DNA of 64,000 bases from Pedobacter sp. (GTDB lineage: Bacteria; Desulfobacterota; Desulfuromonadia; Desulfuromonadales; Syntrophotaleaceae). Below the pieces are notes generated by a model. It was not told where the DNA came from. It saw nothing but the letters and a program-made list of their open reading frames with translations, and ran no database searches. The position numbers were made by a program, and so were the translations under genes. The DNA lies in assembly GCA_050253415.1 (NCBI GenBank), contig JBFWJC010000001.1:544001-608000 (forward strand). Reading direction: 5' to 3'. Positions 28,201-38,435 of the stretch are shown here, piece by piece. Each line of letters begins with the position of its first letter. Within the stretch, counting starts at the first letter, position 1.

Positions 28201-28548
28201 TCACCTTTTGCAAAGGTCTGTAATCAGGTTTTCCTCGCTGTGTCGACCGAGAACCTGCAGAGCCTCAATGGCGCTGTCGGCGTATTCCTTGGCGTCGCCC
28301 GTCAGGTAGGCGAAAACAAAAGAAGCGAGTTCGGCTTGCGCTGTGGCGCGCCGTTCTTCAGCCGTTCGTTTTTTGCCTGCCTGCAGCCAAAGGGTTTCGG
28401 CGCGCTCCCGATGGATGTTTATGGCTTTGCCGATCAGGGCCAGACGCTCGTCCGGAGCGTCCTTGTCGGTGACCTTGAAGGCCTCCACGATATTTTCGGG
28501 GAACTCATCCTGGATGAGCTCCGCAAGACGTATAAGTTTATTTTTCAC
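28201..28548 (-). CDS. Hypothetical protein
   Basis: 115-aa helical ORF with GAGG RBS, downstream of the YheU gene. Confidence 0.7.
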   Translation of the reverse strand: MKNKLIRLAELIQDEFPENIVEAFKVTDKDAPDERLALIGKAINIHRERAETLWLQAGKKRTAEERRATAQAELASFVFAYLTGDAKEYADSAIEALQVLGRHSEENLITDLCKR

Positions 28549-28569
28549 CAGAACCTCGGATTGATGTTT

Positions 28570-28809
28570 TCAGGGACAGGACACTAAATTGGCCGTTTGC
28601 GATGCGAGATCGAAAACGACTTTGACTTTTTTGCTTCTCAGTTGCCGAAGAACCTGCGCGACCTTGTCCTCAAGGGCGCAACCGACCTCTGCCCAATCCG
28701 CCCCGTCACGCGTGACAAATTCTTCGATCATCCGTCGCAGCGTATCGGGGTTGAGTTGATCGTAGGGGATATCCAGTCCTTCTTCGCGGTGCTCGGTATG
28801 GTTTGTCAT
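28570..28809 (-). CDS. YheU family protein
   Basis: IPYDQLNPDTLRRMIEEFVTRDG...KVAQVLRQL...VVFD. Confidence 0.88.
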   Translation of the reverse strand: MTNHTEHREEGLDIPYDQLNPDTLRRMIEEFVTRDGADWAEVGCALEDKVAQVLRQLRSKKVKVVFDLASQTANLVSCP

Positions 28810-28884
28810 AGGTTGAACCTTTGTTTGGTCACTCGGCAATATAGAGTCCGATTATGGTATGTCTGTTTCGTTTTTAAAATTAAG

Positions 28885-29185
28885 CAGCGCCGGTGCCTGC
28901 AACAGCTGCGTGGCGAACTGTGCGAATCGACAGGGTTGGCCAATGAATCCGCACGCAGACGCGCCGACTGTCTATCGCAGCTATGGTGAGTCAACTCAAG
29001 CTCTTTCGCGACAGACATAGCGGCGAAGCCAGACGTTACGTCCTTTCTTTGCTTACTTTCTATAGACGGGTAAAGAAAGTAAGCCGGCTGCCGGCCGGGA
29101 CCGGCGGTGTTGAAGTTAAAGATTCAAGATTTCAAACTATCAACATTAAGCCCGCGGGGACGCGTCCCCACCTAGCGACGCTTAC
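28885..29185. repeat. Structured intergenic (MITE/REP-like) element
   Basis: Nested inverted repeats (GCTTACTTTC...GAAAGTAAGC; TGTCTATCGC...GCGACAGACA; GGGGACGCGTCCCC) and a low-complexity TTGAAG/TTAAAG/TTCAAG run. Confidence 0.5.
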
Positions 29186-29188
29186 GGC

Positions 29189-29902
29189 TTACAACTGAAC
29201 CAACCTACCGTTATCCACCCGATAAACCTTGTCCGCCAGGCGTTTGACCTGGTCGAGATAGTGGGATACCAGCACCAGGGTGCAGTCCTGTTTGAGGGCG
29301 AGCAGCAAATCTTCGATACCGGCGCTGGCTGCTACATCAAGGGCCGAGGTCGGTTCATCCAGCAGCAGAACTTCCGGTTCCAGAACCAGGCTTCGGGCGA
29401 TGCAGAGCCGCTGTTGCTGGCCTCCGGACAGCTGGCGGGCGTCTTTTTTCAGCAGATCCTTCACCTCATCCCACAGCAGGGTGCGCCGCAGGGCGCTTTC
29501 GACCCGCGTGGCGACCTGTTGGCGGTCCCGACAGCCGGAGAGCTTGAGGGGAAAGGCGACGTTGCGATAAATGCTCATGGGCAGAGGGTTGGGCGTCTGG
29601 AACACCATGCCGACTTTACGGCGCAGGTGTTGTGCCGGCAGCCGCTTGTCACACAGATCGTGCAGTTGCCCGCCCAGACGAATGTGCGCCTTGCCTTGAA
29701 GATGCACGCCGGCTATTTCGGTCCACATGCGATTCAATACCGATAAAAAGCTCGATTTTCCGCTGCCGGACGGTCCGGTGATAGCGGTAATGCGGCGTTC
29801 CTCCAGTTCGACGGAAATATCCTGCAGAACCGGCGTCTTGCCGTAATAAAAGGTCAACCCGTCGGTGCGGATTTTGGTGGTCGGTTGCATGGGTGCTCTC
29901 AT
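29189..29902 (-). CDS. pstB: Phosphate-type ABC transporter ATPase (PstB-like)
   Basis: GPSGSGKS, GMVFQTPNPLPMSIYRNV, LSGGQQQRLCIAR, LLLDEPTSALD. Confidence 0.85.
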   Translation of the reverse strand: MRAPMQPTTKIRTDGLTFYYGKTPVLQDISVELEERRITAITGPSGSGKSSFLSVLNRMWTEIAGVHLQGKAHIRLGGQLHDLCDKRLPAQHLRRKVGMVFQTPNPLPMSIYRNVAFPLKLSGCRDRQQVATRVESALRRTLLWDEVKDLLKKDARQLSGGQQQRLCIARSLVLEPEVLLLDEPTSALDVAASAGIEDLLLALKQDCTLVLVSHYLDQVKRLADKVYRVDNGRLVQL

Positions 29903-30777
29903 CGGTATAAAAGCCAGCTCTTCAGGCGGCGCTGGGCCACAAACGCCAGGACGAAAAGCAGCGAGCAGATCATCATCAGCAAGATGGCGGCGGCATAGCC
30001 CTTTTGCAGCTCCTCCGGTCCGGTGTATTGGGAGGACATATAGTAGACGTAAAACGGCAGTGCTTCATACTGCCTCAGCATCGAATCCGGTACCCCGGCC
30101 GATGCCACCACGCCTGTCAGCATGATCACGGCGGTATCTTCGGCACAGCGCCCCACTGCCAGGATGATGCCGCCGGTCAGGTCGGCAAGGCGATTGGGCA
30201 GCAGCACCAGAAAGATATTCTGCAGTTTCGATGCCCCGAGGGTCAAGGCTGTATGCCGCAATAGAGGGTCGACCCCCTCCAGAGCGGTCTGGGTGGAACG
30301 CACCAGGTAGGGCAATACCAGGAACGCCAGCGCCAGGGCCGACAGCAACAGGCAGGGTCCGAGCCGGCCATCAAAGCTGCGATGCAGCACGATGGCCAGG
30401 GCAAATCCCGACAGGCCGATGACGATGGAGGGGATGCCGGCCAACAGGTCGAACACCAGGCTCAGCAGTCCTTTGCTCCAGTCTCCGGCGTATTCCGCCA
30501 TGTAGATACCGGCCGCCACGCCGACCGGCACCGCCAGGGACACGGCCAGCAGCACCAGTGCCACGGTGCCGAACAGGGCTGGAAACAGCCCATCGAACAC
30601 CTGCCGGCGCAGCATCAGTGCATCCATCGCCCGGGTGCCTCCGAACAGCAGCTCTGTGTTGAAGGCTGGCAGCCCGCCGCGCAGCAGAAACCACACCAGG
30701 GTCGCTACGGCAACTGTCAAAGCGAGTGCGCAACACCAGGAAAATCCCGGCAACAATCTTGCCAGCAGGCGCCCCAT
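29899..30777 (-). CDS. pstA: ABC permease (PstA-like)
   Basis: GVAAGIYMAEY, LAGIPSIVIG, GRCAEDTA. Confidence 0.85.
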   Translation of the reverse strand: MGRLLARLLPGFSWCCALALTVAVATLVWFLLRGGLPAFNTELLFGGTRAMDALMLRRQVFDGLFPALFGTVALVLLAVSLAVPVGVAAGIYMAEYAGDWSKGLLSLVFDLLAGIPSIVIGLSGFALAIVLHRSFDGRLGPCLLLSALALAFLVLPYLVRSTQTALEGVDPLLRHTALTLGASKLQNIFLVLLPNRLADLTGGIILAVGRCAEDTAVIMLTGVVASAGVPDSMLRQYEALPFYVYYMSSQYTGPEELQKGYAAAILLMMICSLLFVLAFVAQRRLKSWLLYR

Positions 30778-31634
30778 TATAGCCTCCGTGGCGACAGGCG
30801 CCCGACCAGTCGCAGGGCCACGATCAACAGCGCCGTGAACAGGTAAAGGAAGATGCCGCAGGCGAAGATCGACTGAAACTCCATGCTGGCGAAATCCGCC
30901 GCCATCACCAGTGCGATATGCGCGGTGAGGGTGCGAGCCGCTTGGGTCAGGGCGGTCGGTACCGCGACGGCATTGCCGGCCAGCATCAGGCTGATGAGGG
31001 TGTCACCCATAGCTCGCCCCAGTCCTAGCAGCAGGCCGTTGAGGATGCCGGGCCAGGCCATCGGCAGCACCACATACAGGAGTTGCTGCGCCGGGCTGCC
31101 ACCCAGGGCATCGACCGCCTGTCGATAGGACAGGGGCACCCTTTGCAGACTGTCGACAAAGAAGATGATCATGGTCGGGGCGATGAGTATGGCCAGCACC
31201 ACCGAGGCTGTGAGGATATTCAGACCGCTGCCGCCGGTCAGGTATTCGCGCATGAACGGCACCAGCAGGAACAATGCGACGAAACCGTAGACTACCGTCG
31301 GGATGCTGGTCATGAAGCGCACCAGATTGAGGAGCTTGCGCCGCAGAGCGAGGGGGCCGAAATGAGTAATGAAAAAAGCGCAGCCGAGACTGAACGGAAA
31401 ACTGATAAGCACGCTGAGAAAGGCGATGGATAAACTGCCGACGATCATCGGATAGATGCCGTACTGTCCATGCCCGGGGTTCCAGGGGGAGCAAAGCAGG
31501 GTTCCCAGCCCACCGTGTTGAAACAACGGTCTGGCCAGTCGGCACAACAGCAGAAAAACGGCGGCAGTCAACAGCGCGCTGCCGACTGCCGCCAGAAAAA
31601 ACAGGCGCTCAAGGGTGCGGGCCAGCATCGGCAT
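30777..31634 (-). CDS. pstC: ABC permease (PstC-like)
   Basis: W.P..GQYGIYPMIVGS, IPTVVYGF, GRAMGDT, TLTAHIA; TGATG overlap with pstS. Confidence 0.85.
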   Translation of the reverse strand: MPMLARTLERLFFLAAVGSALLTAAVFLLLCRLARPLFQHGGLGTLLCSPWNPGHGQYGIYPMIVGSLSIAFLSVLISFPFSLGCAFFITHFGPLALRRKLLNLVRFMTSIPTVVYGFVALFLLVPFMREYLTGGSGLNILTASVVLAILIAPTMIIFFVDSLQRVPLSYRQAVDALGGSPAQQLLYVVLPMAWPGILNGLLLGLGRAMGDTLISLMLAGNAVAVPTALTQAARTLTAHIALVMAADFASMEFQSIFACGIFLYLFTALLIVALRLVGRLSPRRL

Positions 31635-32476
31635 CAGCGAACCGGAATAAACCCTTTGGCTGCCGCAATCTGCTGACCACTGGGCGAAAACAGGAAGTCG
31701 ATAAAGGCTTTCACCACACCCTGGGGCTGGCCGCAAGTAATGCTGTAAAGCCCACGGGCTACAGGGTAGCTGCCGTCTTTGACGGTTTCATTGTTCGGCA
31801 TCACGCCATCGAGAGTCACCGGTTGTACCGAGGCATCGATATGGCCGACGGATACGTAACCGATGGCATAGGGATCGTTGGCCACAGCGGTCTTCATGGC
31901 CCCGTTGGAGACCACGACGTTGGCGCTGGCGGTGATATCGCCTTTGTTGAGAGCCTTTTTCCAGAAAACCTCGCGGGTGCCGCTGGCCTCGTCGCGGGTA
32001 TACAGATTGATAGCCCGGTCGACGCCGCCCAGGTCCTTCCAATTGGTGATCTTGCCGGCATAGATGGCCTGCACCTGAGCCGAAGTCAGGGTATGGACCG
32101 GATTTTCAGGATTGACCACCGCGCCGACACCATCGATGGCCCACTTGAAAAGCACCAGGCCGTATTGCTCGATTTCCTGATCGGTGGCTTTGCGACCGGC
32201 GTTGCCGATCTGCACCATCTTTTCACCGACCTGCTTGATGCCGACCCCGGAACCGCCTCCGGCAATGGTAATCTGGATATCGGGATGAGCCGACATCACC
32301 TGCTTGGCGGCCTCCTTCATCACCGGGATATGAGCCGTGCCGCCGGAGATCTTGATCACGCCTTGCTGACCGATGAACAGATCGAGATCGTTGGCGAAAG
32401 CGGGCAGTGCGGCCAGGCTGAAACAAAGCAGGCAGGCAAGAAATAGGAGGATGCTTTTTTTGAGGGTGGTAAACAT
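31634..32476 (-). CDS. pstS: PstS-family substrate-binding protein
   Basis: GGGSGVGIK, AIDG...VNP.NPV, RDEASGTR, AIGYVS; AAGGAG RBS. Confidence 0.85.
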   Translation of the reverse strand: MFTTLKKSILLFLACLLCFSLAALPAFANDLDLFIGQQGVIKISGGTAHIPVMKEAAKQVMSAHPDIQITIAGGGSGVGIKQVGEKMVQIGNAGRKATDQEIEQYGLVLFKWAIDGVGAVVNPENPVHTLTSAQVQAIYAGKITNWKDLGGVDRAINLYTRDEASGTREVFWKKALNKGDITASANVVVSNGAMKTAVANDPYAIGYVSVGHIDASVQPVTLDGVMPNNETVKDGSYPVARGLYSITCGQPQGVVKAFIDFLFSPSGQQIAAAKGFIPVR

Positions 32477-32836
32477 GTGAATCTCCTTGATTGCAATAGG
32501 AAATGCAGGGGGCGCAGTGGTGTGAAAGTGCCCCGGACAAGATGGCTTTTCCGAATCGGTCCGAGGTGATGTGGCAGGCATGTGAGTTGGCCGGTGCCGC
32601 AACGCCTGTGTTGGCTGCACTTTACTTGAATTGCCATGGAGGATTCAAGTCCTGGTTGGGAGTTTCTTTTGTTTTCGCGGTTTTTGGACGCTATTTAGTC
32701 TTGGATAATGGCTTGATTTTTAGGTTGGGTTCGTTGCAAGGTTGCTTCGTTGTCATTCCGTGCACGTTTTGAGTCTATCTCTTGGTTTTAATGGATGCAC
32801 TTTTGCGCGGATCAAATAAATAACCCAGGACTTTTT

Positions 32837-35077
32837 ATGGTTCCGCACATTCGCGACATCTGGTCCAAATTGTTTCAGCGCTCCCCGGTTTCGGCATCCG
32901 ATGCACCCGGCAAGCTGGGCACTTTTGTTGGCGTTTTTACCCCGACCGTTCTGACCATCCTCGGGGTCATCATGTACCTGCGCTTCGGGTGGGTGATCGG
33001 GCATGTCGGTTTATGGCAGGCGCTGTTAATCGTGGTGCTGGCCAATACCATTACCTTTGTCACCGCCCTGAGCTTTTCCGCCGTGGCGACCAACAGCCGC
33101 GTCGGCGTGGGCGGTGCCTATTTTATTATTTCCCGCAGTCTGGGACTGGAAATCGGCGCTGCCATCGGTATCCCGCTGTTTTTTTCCCAGACCCTTTCGG
33201 TAACCCTGTATGCCTACGGTCTGGCGGAATCGCTGCGTTTCGTCTGGCCGGGGATACCTGTGCAGGCTGCGGCCTTTGTCATTATTCTGCTGGTGGGCGT
33301 TTTGGCTTTCCGTGGCGCCAGCGGGGCTTTGCGCCTGCAGGTACCCATTCTGCTGTTGATCGCAGTATCGCTGCTGGCACTGGCTGCGGGCAGCTTGCTG
33401 CATGGTAGCCCCGCTCGCCTGCTGACGTCGGCATCGTCCGGCGAGTTCAGTTTCTGGACGGTGTTTGCGGTGTTTTTTCCGGCGGTCACCGGCATCATGG
33501 CCGGTCTGAGTCTGTCCGGCGATTTGGCCAATTCGCGACGTTCCATCCCCCAGGGCACGGTTCTGGCTACACTCACCGGTTTTGCGGTCTATCTGCTGGT
33601 GCCGGTACTGTTGTGCCTGGGAGCCGCGCCGGCGGATTTGCGCAGCGATTCGCTGGTCTGGACCCGCATTGCTCTTTTCGGACCCTGGCTGATATTGCCG
33701 GGTCTCTGGGGTGCGATTTTCTCATCGGCGGTTGGTTCGATATTGGGGGCGCCCCGCACGCTTCAGGCACTGGCCATGGATCGCATGGCGCCGCGGCGAT
33801 TGGCCTCGCCGCGAGGGGAAGAACCGGTGGCCGGTCTTGTGGTTTCGCTGGTCATCGCTTTGGTGGCGGTATTCCTCGGCGACCTGAATACCGTGGCCGA
33901 GGTGGTGAGTATGTTTTTTCTCAGCGTCTATGGCACGGTCAATCTGGTGGCTACGCTGGAGAAGCTCTCCGGTAATCCGTCCTGGCGTCCTCAGGTGCAG
34001 ATTCCATGGTGGTTGAGTCTGGTCGGGGCTTTCGGCTGTATCGGCGTGATGGTGCTGATCAATGTGAAGGCCAGTCTGGTGGCCATGGCGGTGGTGCTTA
34101 TTCTCTGGCTGCTGCTGCGGCGCCATGAACGCCGTGAAGACTGGGGGGATGTGCGGCGTGATTTGTACGAAGCGGTTATTCGTTGGGCGCTGATCGGGCT
34201 TTCCCGCAGGCCCATGACGGCGCGCAACTGGCGACCGCATATCCTGGTTTTTGTCAGCAACATCGATCGGCGTCTGCCGCTGGTGCGCTATGCAGCCTGG
34301 TTCAGCCAGAATCGTGGCGTGGTGACGGCGTGCGAACTGGTGGTGGGAGATCTGCTGAACCTTGATCTGGATGTGCATGATCGCGAGCGGCAGATCGATG
34401 CGGTGCTTAGGCAGGAAGGGATCGTGGCTTTTGGCGAGGTCGACGTGGTGGCCAACATCGAACAAGGTATCCTGGCCGTAGCCCAGGCCAACGGCATCGC
34501 CGGTATTGAAAGCAATACCGTGATCCTCGGTTGGCCGAACGATCTGGAGCGTCTGTCTCATTTCCTGCGGGTCATTCGCCCTCTCAAGCATCTGAATCAG
34601 TCACTGCTTATCGGACGGGCCGAAGCCCTCGCCCCTTTACAGGAAGGTCAACGTCGCACTATCCATGTCTGGTGGGGTGGCCTGCAGCGCAACGGCGATT
34701 TAATGCTGCTGCTGGCCTATCTGTTGTCGCGCAATGCCGAGTGGCGCAACGCCCGGATCCGGGTGTTGAGTATCGCCTCCAACAAGTTGGCCGAAGAGCA
34801 GACCCGGCGGTTTCTCGCCAAACTGATACCGGAAATCCGTATCGACGCGGAAATCGAGGTCCTGATCAAGTCCGAAGAGAGCAGTGTGCGGGAGATGATC
34901 CATGCGGAAAGCTCCGGCGTTGACTTGGTCATTCTCGGCCTGGCGCTTCCTGAAGAGGGCAAGGAGGACGCTTACGCCGCACGCATCGCGGAATTGGCAG
35001 AAGGCCTCCCCTCATGCTTTTTTGTCCACAACGGCAGCCTGTTTATCGGCGAGTTGGTCTCACCCGGAATCGACTGA
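32837..35077 (+). CDS. SLC12/cation-chloride cotransporter-type amino acid permease family protein
   Basis: LGTFVGVFTPTVLTILGVIMYLR, GGAYFIISRSLG, FFPAVTGIMAG, NWRPHIL, IHVWWGG...NGDLMLLLAYLL. Confidence 0.92.
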   Translation: MVPHIRDIWSKLFQRSPVSASDAPGKLGTFVGVFTPTVLTILGVIMYLRFGWVIGHVGLWQALLIVVLANTITFVTALSFSAVATNSRVGVGGAYFIISRSLGLEIGAAIGIPLFFSQTLSVTLYAYGLAESLRFVWPGIPVQAAAFVIILLVGVLAFRGASGALRLQVPILLLIAVSLLALAAGSLLHGSPARLLTSASSGEFSFWTVFAVFFPAVTGIMAGLSLSGDLANSRRSIPQGTVLATLTGFAVYLLVPVLLCLGAAPADLRSDSLVWTRIALFGPWLILPGLWGAIFSSAVGSILGAPRTLQALAMDRMAPRRLASPRGEEPVAGLVVSLVIALVAVFLGDLNTVAEVVSMFFLSVYGTVNLVATLEKLSGNPSWRPQVQIPWWLSLVGAFGCIGVMVLINVKASLVAMAVVLILWLLLRRHERREDWGDVRRDLYEAVIRWALIGLSRRPMTARNWRPHILVFVSNIDRRLPLVRYAAWFSQNRGVVTACELVVGDLLNLDLDVHDRERQIDAVLRQEGIVAFGEVDVVANIEQGILAVAQANGIAGIESNTVILGWPNDLERLSHFLRVIRPLKHLNQSLLIGRAEALAPLQEGQRRTIHVWWGGLQRNGDLMLLLAYLLSRNAEWRNARIRVLSIASNKLAEEQTRRFLAKLIPEIRIDAEIEVLIKSEESSVREMIHAESSGVDLVILGLALPEEGKEDAYAARIAELAEGLPSCFFVHNGSLFIGELVSPGID

Positions 35078-35115
35078 GTTTCCCGTATATTGGGCGCTTT
35101 TTGATCCGATATAAG

Positions 35116-35153
35116 AAAAGCTCTACCGTTTTGACAGATGGTGGGGCTTTTTT
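35116..35153 (+). terminator. Intrinsic terminator
   Basis: AAAAGCTCTACC...GGTGGGGCTTTTTT. Confidence 0.6.
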
Positions 35154-35306
35154 ATATCGTTGAATACCGTGGTTGCGCATACAAGCACGATCATGGGGTT
35201 TGTGGTCCTTGTCTTTTCCTTTGTTGTCGTACAAAGTCTTGGATACGACATGTAAGTGGCCTAAGATGCGCCTCGAATGGAAAGCACCTTCGGGGCGTGG
35301 AGAGTT

Positions 35307-36203
35307 ATGACCAATTTTATTTTAATCGGTATTTTCGTTGGGCTCGGCCTTTTATTCCGCAGGCTGGAGGCCTTCCCCAAAGATTCGGCACAGGTGCTGA
35401 ACATGTTTGCACTGTATGTTTCGTTGCCGGCATTGATCTTATTGAAAATGCCGCAGTTGCATCTGGGCAGAGAAGCGCTTCTGGTGGCGGCGGTGCCTTG
35501 GGCCATGCTGGTGCTGTCGGTGGGATTGATTCTGCTGGCTGCGCGCAAATTCGGCTGGAGTCGCGCGAAAACCGGTGTGTTGCTGCTGGTCGTGCCGGTC
35601 GGTAATACCTCCTTCATGGGGGTGCCGATGGTGAACGCTTTTTTCGGTCCGAAGGGTATTCCATACCTGATTGTTTACGATCAGGTCGGCACCATGCTGA
35701 TTTTTGCCCTTTACGGGTCCTTGATCCTTGCGCTGTACGGTCGGGAGGGTAAGCTGCAGATCGCATCCATTGCCCGGCGCGCCTTGCTGTTCCCGCCGAG
35801 CATCGCGGTGGTGGTCGGGCTTGCCTTGCGTCCCTGGCCTTATCCCGAAATGGTGTCCTCGACGCTGCATGGTATTTCCCAGAGCCTGACGCCTCTGGTG
35901 ATGACCGCGATCGGTATGCAATTAAACTGGAGGTTGCAGCGAAGCGTATTCGGGCCATTAAGCTGCGGCCTGGTCATTAAGTTGCTGATTGCGCCGCTCT
36001 TGACACTGGCCGCCTGCAGACTGGCAGGCATGGACGGCCTGCATGTTGATATTGCGGTCTTCGAAGCCGGCATGCCGCCGATGGTTACCGCCGGTGCTTT
36101 GGCGGTGGTCGCCGGAATGGAGAGCGAACTGGCCATAGCTCTGGTAGGTTTGGGGATTGTCGTTTCTTTTGCAACGCTCCCAGTCGTATTTTATCTGCTG
36201 TAA
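35307..36203 (+). CDS. AEC (auxin efflux carrier) family transporter
   Basis: YVSLPAL, GNTSFMGVP, KLLIAP, EAGMPP. Confidence 0.9.
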   Translation: MTNFILIGIFVGLGLLFRRLEAFPKDSAQVLNMFALYVSLPALILLKMPQLHLGREALLVAAVPWAMLVLSVGLILLAARKFGWSRAKTGVLLLVVPVGNTSFMGVPMVNAFFGPKGIPYLIVYDQVGTMLIFALYGSLILALYGREGKLQIASIARRALLFPPSIAVVVGLALRPWPYPEMVSSTLHGISQSLTPLVMTAIGMQLNWRLQRSVFGPLSCGLVIKLLIAPLLTLAACRLAGMDGLHVDIAVFEAGMPPMVTAGALAVVAGMESELAIALVGLGIVVSFATLPVVFYLL

Positions 36204-36429
36204 TCGAACCTGCTCCGGCGAAAAAGTTGTCACAAAGTCCAGATATCCGGTTCGCCGGTAAAATGGGATTTGACATTCGCGGTTGGCGTTTTAATCTTGA
36301 GTGTGCAGGGTTATTCCGCAAGGGTGCGGTTCGTTATCGATGTCGGAAGTGTGGCGGTCAATGGCGATCTCCTTCTTCATTGAAGACAGTGGTGTCTAGC
36401 CGGAGTCCACTTTATTCAGGAGGTATCCC

Positions 36430-36834
36430 ATGGAGATGCGTTTTGAACCGTTTACCGAAAGTGACTGCGAACAATTAAAACAAGAAGTGACCGAACTCAT
36501 CGCACCCTTGGCCGACAAGTACGGAATTTGCCTCGACTTTGTTAAAGATGTTTGTTCCAGTGGTGCCGACAGTGTCACGATTCAGGCACGTTTTTCGTTG
36601 CCACAGCGGCCGGAATCGGTGGCCACCCTAAAAGAGGAACTGGATTTTCGCTGTTATGCCGAAGGCTTTGGTATGCAGCCTGCCTGGCTTGGAGAAGAAT
36701 TCAAACGCGGAAGGTTCACCTATAAGGTCGCCGGGTTGATGGTCAACGTCCCCAAAAAGTGCGTGGTGTTGCAACGCTCCGATGGGGCACGCTGTCAGCA
36801 AGACGGCAAATTGGTGGCACGCTATCTGAGTTAA
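36430..36834 (+). CDS. Hypothetical protein
   Basis: AGGAGG RBS, 134 aa, followed by a terminator. Confidence 0.7.
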   Translation: MEMRFEPFTESDCEQLKQEVTELIAPLADKYGICLDFVKDVCSSGADSVTIQARFSLPQRPESVATLKEELDFRCYAEGFGMQPAWLGEEFKRGRFTYKVAGLMVNVPKKCVVLQRSDGARCQQDGKLVARYLS

Positions 36835-36852
36835 GTTAATCGGGGGAGGAAA

Positions 36853-36890
36853 ACAAAAAGGGCACCGTCCAGTGACGGTGCCCTTTTTGT
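36853..36890 (+). terminator. Intrinsic (bidirectional-looking) terminator
   Basis: ACAAAAAGGGCACCGTC-CAGT-GACGGTGCCCTTTTTGT. Confidence 0.8.
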
Positions 36891-37031
36891 ATAAATCTCC
36901 GCCGGGTTATATCCGGAAACGGACCTTTCCCGACCTCGACGTCGATGTTCCCCAATTCGGGTGTGGTGTAGAAGTCATTGTTTCTCAATAATTTCTTAAC
37001 ATTCGCCTGATAATTCTTTTCCAAACCCCTC

Positions 37032-38378
37032 ATGGAAAGGACTTATCCCTTGGCGCGTAAAATATTTGTTCTCGACACCAATGTCCTTTTACACGATTCC
37101 CAATCGCTTTTATCTTTCCAGGATAACGAAGTTGTTATCCCTCTGGCTGTCATCGAGGAAATGGACCGGTTCAAAAAAGATGGTGGCGAGACCGGACGCA
37201 ATGCCCGGCAGGTGGCCCGTATTTTGGATTCCCTGCGGTTGCAGGGGGTGCTGACCAACGGTGGGGTAGCGCTGGAAAACGGCGGTCACCTCCGTGTGGT
37301 GTTTTCTGGATCCTTCCATAGTGAAAGTCTGCCGCTGGAACTGCGCACCCTGACCGTAGACAATCAGATCCTGGCACTCGCTCTGCATGAAAAGCAGCGC
37401 GAGCGTTACCCTGTCGTAGTGGTCACCAAGGATATCAATCTGAGAATAAAAGCTCATGCGGTGGGATTGCGGGCGGAAGATTATGCAACTGACAAGGTGT
37501 CTTATGACCACCTCTATGCGGGTTCTCTGGAAATCGATGTGGACGGTGATCTCGTCGACCGTTTTTACCAGGACAAGTGCATCCCCCCTCCAGTAGCAGG
37601 GCTTTTCCCTCACCAATGCGTGACGCTTCGCAACCGCGACAGTCATCAACACTCGGCTATCGGTCGTCTGGATCCGGGGGGGAGTCAGATTGTCCCCCTC
37701 TGTGAAAATCCCCATGAGGGGGTCTGGGGGATAGTGCCCCGTAACCGCGAACAGAAGTTTGCTCTTGGGCTTTTGATCGACCCGGGCATTCACCTCATCA
37801 CGCTGGTCGGTAAAGCGGGTACCGGTAAAACCCTGCTCGCCATCGCAGCGGGACTGCATTGTGTGACGGAAATGGAGCAATATAGCCGCCTTCTCGTCTC
37901 GCGACCGGTTTTTCCCATGGGGCGGGACCTTGGATTTTTGCCCGGAGATGTGGAGGAAAAACTTGCGCCCTGGATGCAACCGATTTACGACAACGTCGAT
38001 CTGCTGCTTCGGCAAGACAGACATAGCGTGAGTAAGAAAAAGTGCGGTCACCAGGAACTAAAGGAAATGGGTATCCTCGAGGTCGAGCCGCTGACCTATA
38101 TCCGGGGACGTTCCATCCCGCGTCAGTTCATTATTGTGGATGAGGCTCAAAACCTGACACCCCATGAAGTTAAAACCATTATTACTCGCGCAGGGGAAGG
38201 GGCCAAAGTGGTCCTCACCGGAGATCCGGAGCAGATCGACAACCCTTATATCGATGCTTCAAGCAATGGTTTGACCTATGTGGTGGAGCGCTTCAAGGAG
38301 AGCCCGATCAGCGGTCATGTCACCCTGTGCAAAGGGGAACGCTCGCAACTGGCAGAGGCGGCCAGCCATCTTCTTTGA
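37032..38378 (+). CDS. PIN-PhoH (PhoH2/YlaK-like) protein
   Basis: PIN: VLDTNVLLHD, DNQIL, VTKDINLRIKA; PhoH: GKAGTGKT, GFLPGD, RGRS, DEAQN, GDPEQID. Confidence 0.93.
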   Translation: MERTYPLARKIFVLDTNVLLHDSQSLLSFQDNEVVIPLAVIEEMDRFKKDGGETGRNARQVARILDSLRLQGVLTNGGVALENGGHLRVVFSGSFHSESLPLELRTLTVDNQILALALHEKQRERYPVVVVTKDINLRIKAHAVGLRAEDYATDKVSYDHLYAGSLEIDVDGDLVDRFYQDKCIPPPVAGLFPHQCVTLRNRDSHQHSAIGRLDPGGSQIVPLCENPHEGVWGIVPRNREQKFALGLLIDPGIHLITLVGKAGTGKTLLAIAAGLHCVTEMEQYSRLLVSRPVFPMGRDLGFLPGDVEEKLAPWMQPIYDNVDLLLRQDRHSVSKKKCGHQELKEMGILEVEPLTYIRGRSIPRQFIIVDEAQNLTPHEVKTIITRAGEGAKVVLTGDPEQIDNPYIDASSNGLTYVVERFKESPISGHVTLCKGERSQLAEAASHLL

Positions 38379-38435
38379 GCCGCATTTTCCTGTTATGCTT
38401 GAAGTAAAGGTTTTCTTATGCGTTAAGGTTCTGAA

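Noticed and set aside
32480..32660. Riboswitch upstream of pstS
   Set aside because: Structured, but I could not match it to any riboswitch consensus
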